IMG/VR virus record: IMGVR_UViG_3300035070_003276
Coordinates: 1 to 64,000 of that record
Length of the DNA stretch: 64,000 nt
DNA from: a virus
Taxonomy: Duplodnaviria; Caudoviricetes
Strand: one strand, 5' to 3'
Part shown: positions 16,074 to 25,206 of the stretch, one piece after another
Numbering within the stretch: the stretch's first letter is position 1
Layout of the letters: the number at the start of each line of letters is the position of its first letter
Notes under the pieces: generated by a model
Told to the model about the DNA's origin: nothing
Databases searched by the model: none
The model's input: only the letters and a program-made list of their open reading frames with translations
Translations under genes and position numbers: made by a program

Positions 16074-16982
16074 ATGGCTTCGATAGTATCAGATGGTAAT
16101 ATAAGTATCAACTCCACCACAATCCCAAGGGCACAACCTTCTAACATAAATATACGAAGGTTATTTATCGATAATGAGAGTGTAGCTACTCAAGTTGGTG
16201 ACTTCGAACCAGCTCCATCAAATGTAATTACTTTATATGGTAATTACCCACAAAATTCAGTTGATATTCCTAGATATGATTTATCAGATGTAGTTTCACT
16301 CCATACCGATATAGCAAACTTCAAATTTATACTTTCAATTAAAAATGGTGATGGTACACCTCAATTATTTGCAAACAAAAACGTAATGATTGAGTTAATT
16401 GCAAAGTATGGTAGAAAGGAGCCAATACCAGTAAACTATTTAATAAACCAACGTAAGTTGGTTGTAATCGATATAGCTCCACTTAATGATTTAACAAATC
16501 GAATGAGGGAGGCTGAATTAAGTATCAATTTAAATAGAAATGAAACTAATGGTCAGATTGAAGTAACAAGAAATTTATATACATACTCAAATTATCAAGT
16601 TGCTGATGGTGGTATATTAGTAGCTGAACCAAGCTATGATTTAAATGAATTAATTAAATATATAACTTGGGTAGTTACAAAACCAAATTCAAACTATGAT
16701 GAACGATTAATACCAGCAAATCAATTAGGGGAATGGAATGGTTCAGTACCCGAACCACCAGCTGAAGATGAACCACCAACTGATACCACAAACGTTCCAG
16801 ACAATACTTCATTTCCACCAATTGGAAGAGCTGGTACCGAAGATGCTGAAGAAGTTATGTATGATAGCCAAGTATGGGTATGGAGTGTAGAGTTTAATAT
16901 TTGGCAACCATTTGATGTACGATATGGTTCTGGAAATATTGGTAGTGGAGAACAAGGTGGCGGTGGTGGTGGTAGTGATTAG
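16074..16982 (+). CDS. Hypothetical, possibly virion-associated protein with Gly-rich C-terminus
   Basis: 302 aa; preceded by TATTTATA; ends QGGGGGGSD like two tail-module proteins. Confidence 0.55.
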   Translation: MASIVSDGNISINSTTIPRAQPSNINIRRLFIDNESVATQVGDFEPAPSNVITLYGNYPQNSVDIPRYDLSDVVSLHTDIANFKFILSIKNGDGTPQLFANKNVMIELIAKYGRKEPIPVNYLINQRKLVVIDIAPLNDLTNRMREAELSINLNRNETNGQIEVTRNLYTYSNYQVADGGILVAEPSYDLNELIKYITWVVTKPNSNYDERLIPANQLGEWNGSVPEPPAEDEPPTDTTNVPDNTSFPPIGRAGTEDAEEVMYDSQVWVWSVEFNIWQPFDVRYGSGNIGSGEQGGGGGGSD

Positions 16983-17044
16983 ATTTAACTAATTAATAAT
17001 CATCTATACTACTTATATGTAATAACGATTAAACATTTTATACT

Positions 17045-17389
17045 TTGAAAAAAAGACCATTATTAAATGTTGACTGGAGAAAATATATCTCACCTACTAA
17101 CAATACTTTAAATAGGTATTTATGGGAAGATGGTGATGAGTTTCTTAGAGGAATATTGGAAACAATACAATCGGCACAAAAGATGAAACTCCAATCGGTA
17201 ATATTAATAGAGTTTACAAATGTGGATGCTGTATCAGTATTAGAACAATCAGATTATAAATTGGCTTTAAAAAAACTTCTCAACTTATGTGAAGTGTTAG
17301 AACGATATGAAATATGTGCTAGTATCGTTAGACATGAAAAATCTTTATTAAAAAAACGGAAAGTAAAAAATACTTCAACTTTAATTTAA
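17045..17389 (+). CDS. Hypothetical protein with UVR-like motif
   Basis: TTG start; LKKLLNLCEVLERYEICASI; TACTTATA variant motif at 17010. Confidence 0.55.
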   Translation: MKKRPLLNVDWRKYISPTNNTLNRYLWEDGDEFLRGILETIQSAQKMKLQSVILIEFTNVDAVSVLEQSDYKLALKKLLNLCEVLERYEICASIVRHEKSLLKKRKVKNTSTLI

Positions 17390-17394
17390 TTTAA

Positions 17395-18057
17395 ATGGCA
17401 GAAAACATTACAAAAACCCCACCAAAGGGTAAGGTAAAATTTAATATCACATTATCCGATGAACAAAAGGAAGCTAAATCAAATATACTAATACATCCTT
17501 ATAATTTCATTCAAGGAAAAGCTGGTTCTGGAAAAACATTATTAGCCGTTCAAGTCGCATTGGATATGTTCTTTACAAGAAGGGTAAATAAAATAGTTAT
17601 AACAAGACCAACAGTTTCAAACGAAGATAATGGATTCCTCCCAGGTTCATTAGAAGAGAAGATGGAACCATGGTTAGTTCCAATTCGTTCTAATATGAGA
17701 AAGGTTTATAATAAACCACCAATCTTAGAAAAGATGGAAAAGGATGATTCTATTGAATTGGTATCATTAGCACACTTTAGAGGTAGAACCTTTGAAAATG
17801 CAGTAGTAATTGTAGATGAATTCCAAAACCTAACTAAAGCACAATTGGGAATGGCTTTAGGTAGATTGGGTAAAGGTTCTACTATGATACTTACTGGTGA
17901 CCCACAACAAATAGATTTAAAATTCAAAGCCGATTCAGCAGTACATGAAGTTCCAAAAATAAAAGTTTCAGAACATGTACATGCTGTAAATCTATTGGAT
18001 AATCATAGACATGATGCATTGAATGAAGTACTAAAATTACTATACGAATATAGTTAA
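17395..18057 (+). CDS. phoH: PhoH-like ATPase
   Basis: GKAGSGKT, KIVITRP, GFLPGSLEEKM, RGRTF, IVDEFQN, LGRLG, TGDPQQID. Confidence 0.95.
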   Translation: MAENITKTPPKGKVKFNITLSDEQKEAKSNILIHPYNFIQGKAGSGKTLLAVQVALDMFFTRRVNKIVITRPTVSNEDNGFLPGSLEEKMEPWLVPIRSNMRKVYNKPPILEKMEKDDSIELVSLAHFRGRTFENAVVIVDEFQNLTKAQLGMALGRLGKGSTMILTGDPQQIDLKFKADSAVHEVPKIKVSEHVHAVNLLDNHRHDALNEVLKLLYEYS

Positions 18058-18090
18058 CGATATCCTTGACGGCAGCTACCTTAGAGGTGT

Positions 18091-18134
18091 AAATCCCTAT
18101 CTTTGATTAAGTTCATTGATGGGGATTTTTTTTT
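18091..18134 (+). terminator. Intrinsic terminator-like hairpin
   Basis: AAATCCCTATC / GATGGGGATTT stem, 16-nt loop, followed by a long T-tract. Confidence 0.6.
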
Positions 18135-18153
18135 GAAAATAATTAACAAAAAG

Positions 18154-18185
18154 CTTGTATATATCAAATCTTTTTCGTATGTTTG
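18154..18185 (+). promoter_or_regulatory. Bacteroidota sigma-A type promoter
   Basis: CTTG (18154-18157), 20 nt, TATGTTTG (18178-18185). Confidence 0.75.
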
Positions 18186-18229
18186 TATAGTAAGATTGAG
18201 AGATAATTAAAACCCTAAAACAATAAATT

Positions 18230-18541
18230 ATGAAAAGTAAATTTGATTTGTGGCTTGAGAAAGTTAATGACGAAAGAAAAGAGTATTGGGAAAGTAAATT
18301 TGGTTACAAGCCATACGAACCCCTAAGAGTTGATAAAGGTAGAAAGTATATTCGTATTTGGGATGGTACTTCTGCTTGGGGATTTGTTTCTATGGTAGAT
18401 GGAGTTAACAAAGGAGTTCCCGTTAAGAAAGGTGATTTATTGAAGCCAGCTACATGGAAATCTCCCGCTAAACATAGTAGAGGAAACATCTTTGAAGGTA
18501 CTGATAGTTGGGAATACTACGGACCAAATTATTTAAGTTAA
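18230..18541 (+). CDS. Conserved-looking phage early protein
   Basis: GRKYIRI...AWGFV...KGDLLKPATWKSPAKHSRGNIF, a pattern recalled from large-phage hypothetical proteins. Confidence 0.6.
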   Translation: MKSKFDLWLEKVNDERKEYWESKFGYKPYEPLRVDKGRKYIRIWDGTSAWGFVSMVDGVNKGVPVKKGDLLKPATWKSPAKHSRGNIFEGTDSWEYYGPNYLS

Positions 18542-18559
18542 TTATTAAAACCATAAACA

Positions 18560-18784
18560 ATGAAAAATTACGCTGAAGAAATTAAAGAGTTTTATGAATA
18601 TGTGTGGAACTTTTATAATAATACTAATGGAATTTATCCGATAGCAACTACTGAAAAAATTCAACAATCGGTAAATCGGTATTTAGAATCTAAACCACTT
18701 TCACAAATCTATTTTGACTCTTTCGATAGAGAGGGAGTTCGAATGATAATCGAACCAGGGTATTCAATTTTTCTACCAAAATAA
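18560..18784 (+). CDS. Hypothetical protein
   Basis: 74 aa ORF with an A-rich start context. Confidence 0.65.
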   Translation: MKNYAEEIKEFYEYVWNFYNNTNGIYPIATTEKIQQSVNRYLESKPLSQIYFDSFDREGVRMIIEPGYSIFLPK

Positions 18785-18795
18785 TTCAAAAAACA

Positions 18796-18827
18796 TTTGG
18801 TAGTTACAAATATATTTTGTATATTAG
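18796..18827 (+). promoter_or_regulatory. Bacteroidota sigma-A type promoter (variant)
   Basis: TTTG (18796-18799), 20 nt, TATATTAG (18820-18827). Confidence 0.65.
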
Positions 18828-18869
18828 ACCTGTTAATGAGTGAGAAAATTAAACCCTTAAAACAAATAA

Positions 18870-19352
18870 ATGAATAAAAAAATAGTTTATATTGATATGG
18901 ATGGTGTGTTAGTTGATTTAACTGCTAACATCAACCAATGGTTTTTGAACCATCCACATTTGTATGAGAGATACAAAGAAAACCCTGACCACATTGCTGG
19001 TATATTCAGAAACCCACCTCCAATAAAAGGAGCTATCGAAGCTGTAAAGAAATTAGCTGAGAGTGGCAAGTATGAATTGTATATAGCTACTTCAGCCCCT
19101 TGGGGAAACCCCGAATCACTAACTGATAAAAGATATTGGATTGAAAATCACTTTGGTGAGTTATTTCACAAAAGAATAGTTACCACTCACCAAAAGAATA
19201 TGTTGATGGGTGATTACCTTATTGATGATAGAAAGAAAAATGGAGCTGGTGAGTTCAAAGGTGAACTACTTCAATATGGATTAGATTGGGAAGGTGATGG
19301 AACTCCAAATGAGTATCCAACTTGGGAATCAATTTTAGAAAAACTACTATAA
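18870..19352 (+). CDS. 5'(3')-deoxyribonucleotidase, HAD/NT5C family
   Basis: YIDMDGVL, IATSAPW, K..WI..HFG, GDYLIDD. Confidence 0.9.
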   Translation: MNKKIVYIDMDGVLVDLTANINQWFLNHPHLYERYKENPDHIAGIFRNPPPIKGAIEAVKKLAESGKYELYIATSAPWGNPESLTDKRYWIENHFGELFHKRIVTTHQKNMLMGDYLIDDRKKNGAGEFKGELLQYGLDWEGDGTPNEYPTWESILEKLL

Positions 19353-19909
19353 TGAAATTACTAAGAGGATTACTAATATTAACATTGGGGATTACTTTTG
19401 TAAGTTGTGAAGATAATCACATCGAACCAATACCCACATATGAATTATCTATTGATTCATTACTAACTGAAGATGGTACCCAATCATTACCAATCGATTC
19501 TAATGGGTATTATAGATTAACTTTAGATACATTATCGGATAACAAACAAACAGTCCGTAGAATTACTGGTAACGTTTTAAAAGATGGTATGGAACCAACA
19601 CCAGCAGAATTTATTGAATGGGAATCATCTCACAATTGGATTACTGGTGATAATCAAGAAGCATATGTTGTTAGAAGTACTATAAATGTATTAGGTCAAT
19701 GGGTTGTTATTGATACTATTCAATTAAATATACCAGCCGGTCTTATTGTACCAACTGTTAATTCATCTTCATATAGTGGAACTGGTGGTGAGATAAATAC
19801 TATGATTGCACCAATATATGAAATGAAAGGTGATACTATGGTTGTTACCGCAAGAATGTGGACACCTTATGAAACTTATTACGATACACTTAAAGTTATA
19901 TTGGAATGA
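19352..19909 (+). CDS. Lipoprotein
   Basis: Start at the ATG 19352 (TAATG overlap); signal MKLLRGLLILTLGITFVS-C followed by acidic EDNHIE. Confidence 0.7.
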   Translation: MKLLRGLLILTLGITFVSCEDNHIEPIPTYELSIDSLLTEDGTQSLPIDSNGYYRLTLDTLSDNKQTVRRITGNVLKDGMEPTPAEFIEWESSHNWITGDNQEAYVVRSTINVLGQWVVIDTIQLNIPAGLIVPTVNSSSYSGTGGEINTMIAPIYEMKGDTMVVTARMWTPYETYYDTLKVILE

Positions 19910-20280
19910 TAAAAAAAGTTAAATTAAGAGCAACCCCAATTACCGAAGAAACTTTTGAAAGACAGGGATGGAGAAAGTATTTGGCAATGGATTTTGATTC
20001 AGTTGATGATGTGTATGAGCATGGTGATGAACAAGCCGAAGATACGGATGAAGGACCTTTCTTTTATACATTACCATTACCTAAAAATCAAATAGATAAG
20101 TACTGTCCAATGTTAGTATCTAACGCAACTGATGAAGTACACGAATTAAAAGCGTTAGGATTAAATGAGAACGAATTCTTTATTGAGTTGTTAGATTCGG
20201 ATGGACTTGGATTTTGTGCAACTGAAGAAGAATTGGAAATATTATATAGAGCGTTAACTGGAAAATATATAGAAGAATGA
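19906..20280 (+). CDS. Hypothetical acidic protein
   Basis: 124 aa with overlapping start and stop junctions. Confidence 0.65.
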   Translation: MIKKVKLRATPITEETFERQGWRKYLAMDFDSVDDVYEHGDEQAEDTDEGPFFYTLPLPKNQIDKYCPMLVSNATDEVHELKALGLNENEFFIELLDSDGLGFCATEEELEILYRALTGKYIEE

Positions 20281-20963
20281 TTAGAAATTACAATGAACAA
20301 CAATTAGAAGATAACTACAATAGATTTATTGAAGCTATCAAAAAAGTATTTAGTGGAGAGCGTTTGGATAAGTTATTACATATGTATTCACCAAATGAAT
20401 TAGGAACTGAATTAGCTATGGCTCCGGCAAGTGGCAAACTAAACTTCCACTCAGCATATCCAGGTGGATACATTGACCATGTTATGAATGTTGCTACAAA
20501 TGCTTACAAAATCAAAAAGATGTTTGAAAGTAGTGGTGGTATCATTAACTTTACCGATGAGGAATTATTATTCGCAGCCTTTCATCACGATTTAGGAAAG
20601 TTGGGAGATGGTAAAGAACCTTACTACCTACCACAAACATCGGAGTGGCATCAGAAGAATAAGAAAGAATACTTTACTCATAATCCAAAGTTGCAATACT
20701 TTGATGTAACTGATAGAGCATTCTGGCTATTAAATCAGTATGGAATTAAATATACGCAAAAAGAACAATTGGGTATCCATATGGCTGATGGATTATACAA
20801 TGATGCTACTAAGAAGTATTTTATTTCTTATAATGAAGATTTCCAAGTAAAAACCGATTTACCCTATATTCTACATTGGGCTGACCATATGAGTACCCGA
20901 ATTGAGAATTCAGAATATCGTAAATCAACTGGAATGTATGACAATATTTCCGAAAACTTTTAA
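20277..20963 (+). CDS. HD-domain phosphohydrolase
   Basis: GGYIDHV, AAFHHDLGK, IHMADG, LHWADHM. Confidence 0.85.
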   Translation: MIRNYNEQQLEDNYNRFIEAIKKVFSGERLDKLLHMYSPNELGTELAMAPASGKLNFHSAYPGGYIDHVMNVATNAYKIKKMFESSGGIINFTDEELLFAAFHHDLGKLGDGKEPYYLPQTSEWHQKNKKEYFTHNPKLQYFDVTDRAFWLLNQYGIKYTQKEQLGIHMADGLYNDATKKYFISYNEDFQVKTDLPYILHWADHMSTRIENSEYRKSTGMYDNISENF

Positions 20964-21045
20964 TGAATCGGAAAAAAAGTCATAATCATTTAAGTGGTAT
21001 AGATTTGGTAATATACAAATCGTATAACTTTAAAATAAAAAAATT

Positions 21046-21414
21046 ATGAATTACAAATTACATAGTATCTTTGATGAAATCTTAAATGATTCGTTCTCCC
21101 AACCAAAAACTACACATTATAATGTAGGTAATTATTCTATCAACACAACTGAGGATGGTAGAAAGGAACTTATGATAAATGTAGCAGGGCACTCCCCTAA
21201 AGATGTAGAACTAAATGTTACCGAAAATGAAATCCATATAATTGCTAACGCTGAAAAGGTAAACGCTGTAATCAATGATGTAAATCTTAAATTTACAATT
21301 GGTAGAGATTATGATGGAACAACCTCACAAGCATCTATTGACAATGGTATTCTTACAATTACATTAGATAAAAAAGAGGAGAGAAAATCTAAGAAAGTTA
21401 AAATCAAATTTTAA
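21046..21414 (+). CDS. Small heat-shock protein Hsp20 (alpha-crystallin domain)
   Basis: NVAGHSPKDVELNV...ASIDNGILTITLDK. Confidence 0.88.
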   Translation: MNYKLHSIFDEILNDSFSQPKTTHYNVGNYSINTTEDGRKELMINVAGHSPKDVELNVTENEIHIIANAEKVNAVINDVNLKFTIGRDYDGTTSQASIDNGILTITLDKKEERKSKKVKIKF

Positions 21415-21438
21415 CTTGAGTTACTGAAATCGAATGGG

Positions 21439-21472
21439 GGGAGATTGAAAAAATCTCCCTTTTTCGTTTTTT
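21439..21472 (+). terminator. Intrinsic terminator
   Basis: GGGAGATT / AATCTCCC stem, GAAAA loop, T-rich tail. Confidence 0.8.
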
Positions 21473-21474
21473 GA

Positions 21475-21482
21475 TATTTATA
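21475..21482 (+). promoter_or_regulatory. TATTTATA motif
   Basis: Exact motif right after the terminator, 24 nt before the ATG at 21507. Confidence 0.45.
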
Positions 21483-21506
21483 TATACATTAAAAATAATA
21501 AGTTTT

Positions 21507-21686
21507 ATGAAACCAGCATACAAAGAAAAAGCATTGAACCATATTGAAGGTATTGAAAATAGATTAAATACTATTCAAGAAATGTTAGAAGGTAAACGAC
21601 CATCTAATCAATCAGATGCAATTAAGTTAGCAAATGAAATTCAATATCTATTGAACCTATCAAAAAATATAGTGGAGTTATCATAA
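21507..21686 (+). CDS. Small helical hypothetical protein
   Basis: ATG at 21507 preferred over the TTG at 21471. Confidence 0.6.
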   Translation: MKPAYKEKALNHIEGIENRLNTIQEMLEGKRPSNQSDAIKLANEIQYLLNLSKNIVELS

Positions 21687-21687
21687 G

Positions 21688-23112
21688 GTGAAATTCAGAA
21701 CTCTTTTATTGGGATTGGCAGCTCTATTCATAGCATCTGCTGCAGCTTTCTTTTCGGTAACTGGTTTATCCAAGTTATTCGCAGGAGCAAGTACTGCCGT
21801 AATCCTAATGGCGAGTTCTTTAGAATTTGGAAAACTTATATCTGCTGGATTCCTTTACAATTATTGGGATAAGATTAATAAAGCTCTTCGTGCCTATTTA
21901 TTAGTTGGGGTTTTTGTATTAATTCTAATTACATCAGCCGGTATCTATGGGTTCTTAACATCAGCATATCAAATAACTGCAGACCAATTAGGTGTTGTGG
22001 ATAAACAGATTGAGTTAGTTGAATTAAAGAAAGAAAGATTCCAAGAACAATTAGATGGTTATACTTCTGAGAAAAAACAATTAGCAGAATCTATTTCTGA
22101 GTTATCAAAGGGATTATCAAATAATGTAATTCAGTATAAGGATAAAGAGACCGGTGAGATAATCACCACAACTTCATCTTCAACTCGTAGAGCATTAGAA
22201 AGACAATTGAACGATGCTAAATCTGAAAGAGAACGGGTATCGCAAAAGATAGAAGTACTATCCGATTCAATTACATCATTAGATATCAAAGTACTTAACA
22301 TCCAACAAAATTCTGAAGTAGCTGGAGAAGTTGGACCTTTAAAGTTTATTGCTGAAGCAACTGGTAAACCAATGAACACTATTGTGAATTGGTTCGCATT
22401 ATTTATTGTATTTGTATTTGACCCATTAGCAGTAACCTTAGTAATCGCATTCAACACCGCATTAAAGGTTGATAAAGGTGAGGAGGATAAAAAGAAAGTA
22501 GTTGAAAAACGAGAACTCTATGGTGAAACCGACCAAGACAACGACCAAGACAACGACCAAGATGATGTAATTCGGAAAGAATCCGAATTGTGGGATGTAA
22601 CTTTACAAGATGGATTAGATGATGAGATGTGGAGTGAAGAAGAAATGGAAGATTTCAAAAAACAATTCCCAGAACCAGAATTGAATGAAGAGTTTGATGA
22701 AGACCATGCGTTGGATATGGTAATGAACGATATGGTATCTGATATGGATGAGGATGAATTATTGAAAGAGTATTCTGAAACTAAAGTAAATGATAGAGAA
22801 AAGTTTGTTGAAGATGAACTTGCTAATCTAAAAAGAGATACCAAGCGAAGAGGTATTGATATCGATGGTGATGGTACAATTGATGGTTACGATAATAATG
22901 GTGATGGTTTGATTGATGAACCCGTACCATCCTCATCAAAGAGAGCACAATATGTAATGAATGAAAAGCCATTCTACGCTAGACCTAATTTTAATTGGGG
23001 TGATACTTCAAAATGGATTAATAATCAAAACGCAGTTAATTATTGGTTAACTCATATAAAAAACGAATCGGATAATTCATACCCAACCGACTTTAGCTCT
23101 AAAACTTATTAA
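21688..23112 (+). CDS. Multi-pass membrane protein with coiled coil and acidic C-terminal DxDxDG motifs
   Basis: GTG start; three N-terminal TM helices; long coiled coil; TM FALFIVFVFDPLAVTLV; acidic tail with DIDGDGTIDGYDNNGDGLID. Confidence 0.7.
   Translation: MKFRTLLLGLAALFIASAAAFFSVTGLSKLFAGASTAVILMASSLEFGKLISAGFLYNYWDKINKALRAYLLVGVFVLILITSAGIYGFLTSAYQITADQLGVVDKQIELVELKKERFQEQLDGYTSEKKQLAESISELSKGLSNNVIQYKDKETGEIITTTSSSTRRALERQLNDAKSERERVSQKIEVLSDSITSLDIKVLNIQQNSEVAGEVGPLKFIAEATGKPMNTIVNWFALFIVFVFDPLAVTLVIAFNTALKVDKGEEDKKKVVEKRELYGETDQDNDQDNDQDDVIRKESELWDVTLQDGLDDEMWSEEEMEDFKKQFPEPELNEEFDEDHALDMVMNDMVSDMDEDELLKEYSETKVNDREKFVEDELANLKRDTKRRGIDIDGDGTIDGYDNNGDGLIDEPVPSSSKRAQYVMNEKPFYARPNFNWGDTSKWINNQNAVNYWLTHIKNESDNSYPTDFSSKTY
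22531..22563 (+). repeat. 12-bp tandem repeat (GACCAAGACAAC x about 2.75)
   Basis: Encodes DQDNDQDNDQD. Confidence 0.85.
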
Positions 23113-23118
23113 ATATTA

Positions 23119-23150
23119 TTTGGTTATATCAAATCTTTTTTGTATATTTG
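23119..23150 (+). promoter_or_regulatory. Bacteroidota sigma-A type promoter
   Basis: TTTG (23119-23122), 20 nt, TATATTTG (23143-23150). Confidence 0.8.
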
Positions 23151-23168
23151 TGTATAAACAAATAGAAA

Positions 23169-24092
23169 ATGGATTTAGGATACGCTTGTATTAATATGAC
23201 TCTTTCAGAAAATACTCCGAAGATTACTACCAACCGCTCAATGATTAAAAAAACATTCGAAGCAAAGGGATTGGAATACGCAGGAGAGTTAGGTTTAAAA
23301 AACGCTAAAGATTTATTACACATACTAAAGTGGAATAAGGAAAATGGAATAAACTTTTTCAGATTATCATCTGATTTCTTTCCATGGGCATCCAATTACA
23401 AATTCGAAGATTTGCCACAATTCAATAGTATCAAAGTTGAATTAGAAAAGAGTGGTAAGTTTGCTATCGATAATGGAATTAGAATCACTTCACATCCTGG
23501 TCCTTTCAACGTATTGGTTTCCCCAAGAGAACACGTGGTTGAAAATACAATTACTGATTTAGAAATACATGGTAGGGTATTTGACTTAATGGGATTATCA
23601 CAAACCCCCTATAACAAACTTAACATACATTGTAATGGTGTATATGGTGATAAGATATCCGCAATGGATAGATTTTGTGAGAACTTTAAAAGATTATCAC
23701 CATCAGTACAGAGTAGATTAACTGTTGAGAATGATGATAAGGCATCAATGTATTCGGTTAAAGATTTAATGTACATACATGAACGTATTGGTATTCCAAT
23801 CGTATTTGATTATCACCATCACAAATTTTGTACTGGTGGGTTGAGTGAGGAAGAAGCTCTTAAATTGGCAGTATCAACTTGGCCAGATGGTATAACACCG
23901 GTTGTACATTATTCAGAATCAAAGGCATTGCATGAGGAAAACAATAAATTAAAACCACAAGCTCACTCTGATTATATTAACGTTATACCAAATACATATG
24001 GATTAGATGTTGATATTATGGTGGAAGCTAAAGCAAAAGAACTTGCTATACTTCCATTCATCAATAAAGTGAGTAAACTAATAAAAGGATAA
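23169..24092 (+). CDS. uvsE: UV damage endonuclease (UVDE)
   Basis: LGYACIN, FFRLSSD, RITSHPGPF, NIH, LTVENDD, VFDYHHH, HYSES, HSDY, IMVEAKAKE. Confidence 0.95.
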   Translation: MDLGYACINMTLSENTPKITTNRSMIKKTFEAKGLEYAGELGLKNAKDLLHILKWNKENGINFFRLSSDFFPWASNYKFEDLPQFNSIKVELEKSGKFAIDNGIRITSHPGPFNVLVSPREHVVENTITDLEIHGRVFDLMGLSQTPYNKLNIHCNGVYGDKISAMDRFCENFKRLSPSVQSRLTVENDDKASMYSVKDLMYIHERIGIPIVFDYHHHKFCTGGLSEEEALKLAVSTWPDGITPVVHYSESKALHEENNKLKPQAHSDYINVIPNTYGLDVDIMVEAKAKELAILPFINKVSKLIKG

Positions 24093-24093
24093 T

Positions 24094-24480
24094 ATGATTA
24101 TAGATATAGATATAACAACTCCTAAGAGAGTTGAAAAGCAATGGGGATACGAACTATGGATTCATAATGATAATGAGTATTGTGGTAAGTTATTAGTATT
24201 CACAAAAGAAAGAAACCGATTCTCTATGCATTACCACATTCAGAAAAAAGAAAGTTGGTATGTACAGGAGGGTAGATTTAGATTCAATTGGTTGAATGTG
24301 GAAGATGGTAAGTTGGAAAGTACAACTTTAGAAAAAGGGCAATCTGTTACAATTGAAAGAGGACAACCCCATCAACTAATTGCATTAGAAGATAACTCAA
24401 TTGTATTTGAGGTATCAACCGAACATTTTGATGAAGATAGTTATAGAGTTTATAGAAATTCACCAGAAGATTTATTGTAA
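24094..24480 (+). CDS. Cupin-fold sugar isomerase-like protein
   Basis: VEKQWGYE, SMHYHIQKKESWYV, PHQLIALE, FEVST. Confidence 0.8.
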   Translation: MIIDIDITTPKRVEKQWGYELWIHNDNEYCGKLLVFTKERNRFSMHYHIQKKESWYVQEGRFRFNWLNVEDGKLESTTLEKGQSVTIERGQPHQLIALEDNSIVFEVSTEHFDEDSYRVYRNSPEDLL

Positions 24481-24656
24481 TGAGTTACACTCACAAACAT
24501 TTACCTACATTAGAGGATTTGAAAGCAAATATAGAAACAAATCCAAATGTATTACGTTATTACTCTAAATACGATACGTTCATAGGTAGTACTGAATCAA
24601 TAGATTATTTGGATAAAAAATTAAAAGAATATTATGATAGTAAAAAAAATAAATAA
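24480..24656 (+). CDS. Small hypothetical protein (not in ORF track)
   Basis: 58 aa MSYTHKHLPTLEDLK...; TAATG overlap with the cupin gene. Confidence 0.55.
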   Translation: MSYTHKHLPTLEDLKANIETNPNVLRYYSKYDTFIGSTESIDYLDKKLKEYYDSKKNK

Positions 24657-25206
24657 AACGGAAGTTACTAACGAAGATTTAAACCAATACAAAAAAGCAA
24701 TATCTAATTTAAAAGGTATTACTTTTAGTGGTAATGATGTTGGTATTGATAAGCGAATTATAACACTTAGATTTGGTGGAGAATATGATGAATTAACATT
24801 AGTTAATCCAGTAATTACTGAACGTTCTGATAATATGGTTGTTTACTATGAAAAAGATTCATCAAAAAATAAGACAAGAAAGACTGTACGACATTCATCA
24901 TTCTCAGTTGAAACTGATAACTTAGGTTTAGTTGAATTTAAAGCAGATAAATCATCTTGGAAAAATGAACAAGAGTATATGGAAGATATTGGTTTGTTTG
25001 AGTGTATTATTGCACAAAGGTTGATTGATTCAATTGATGGTATTGATGTTAGTGATACGATTCGTAGATACAATCCCCAAATTATAGCTGATAAGAAACC
25101 TGGTAGAAACGAAAGAGTTATGTTACAATCACCTGATGGTGAAATGGAATTCGTAAAGTATAAAAAAGCAGAACGATTATTAAACAAAGGATATCAATTA
25201 GTATAA
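24634..25206 (+). CDS. Peptide deformylase-like protein lacking catalytic motifs
   Basis: LVNPVI and spacing like PDF, but EGCLS is EKDSS and QHExDHLxG is QRLIDSIDG; C-terminal KPGRNERV...KYKK tail. Confidence 0.6.
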   Translation: MIVKKINKTEVTNEDLNQYKKAISNLKGITFSGNDVGIDKRIITLRFGGEYDELTLVNPVITERSDNMVVYYEKDSSKNKTRKTVRHSSFSVETDNLGLVEFKADKSSWKNEQEYMEDIGLFECIIAQRLIDSIDGIDVSDTIRRYNPQIIADKKPGRNERVMLQSPDGEMEFVKYKKAERLLNKGYQLV

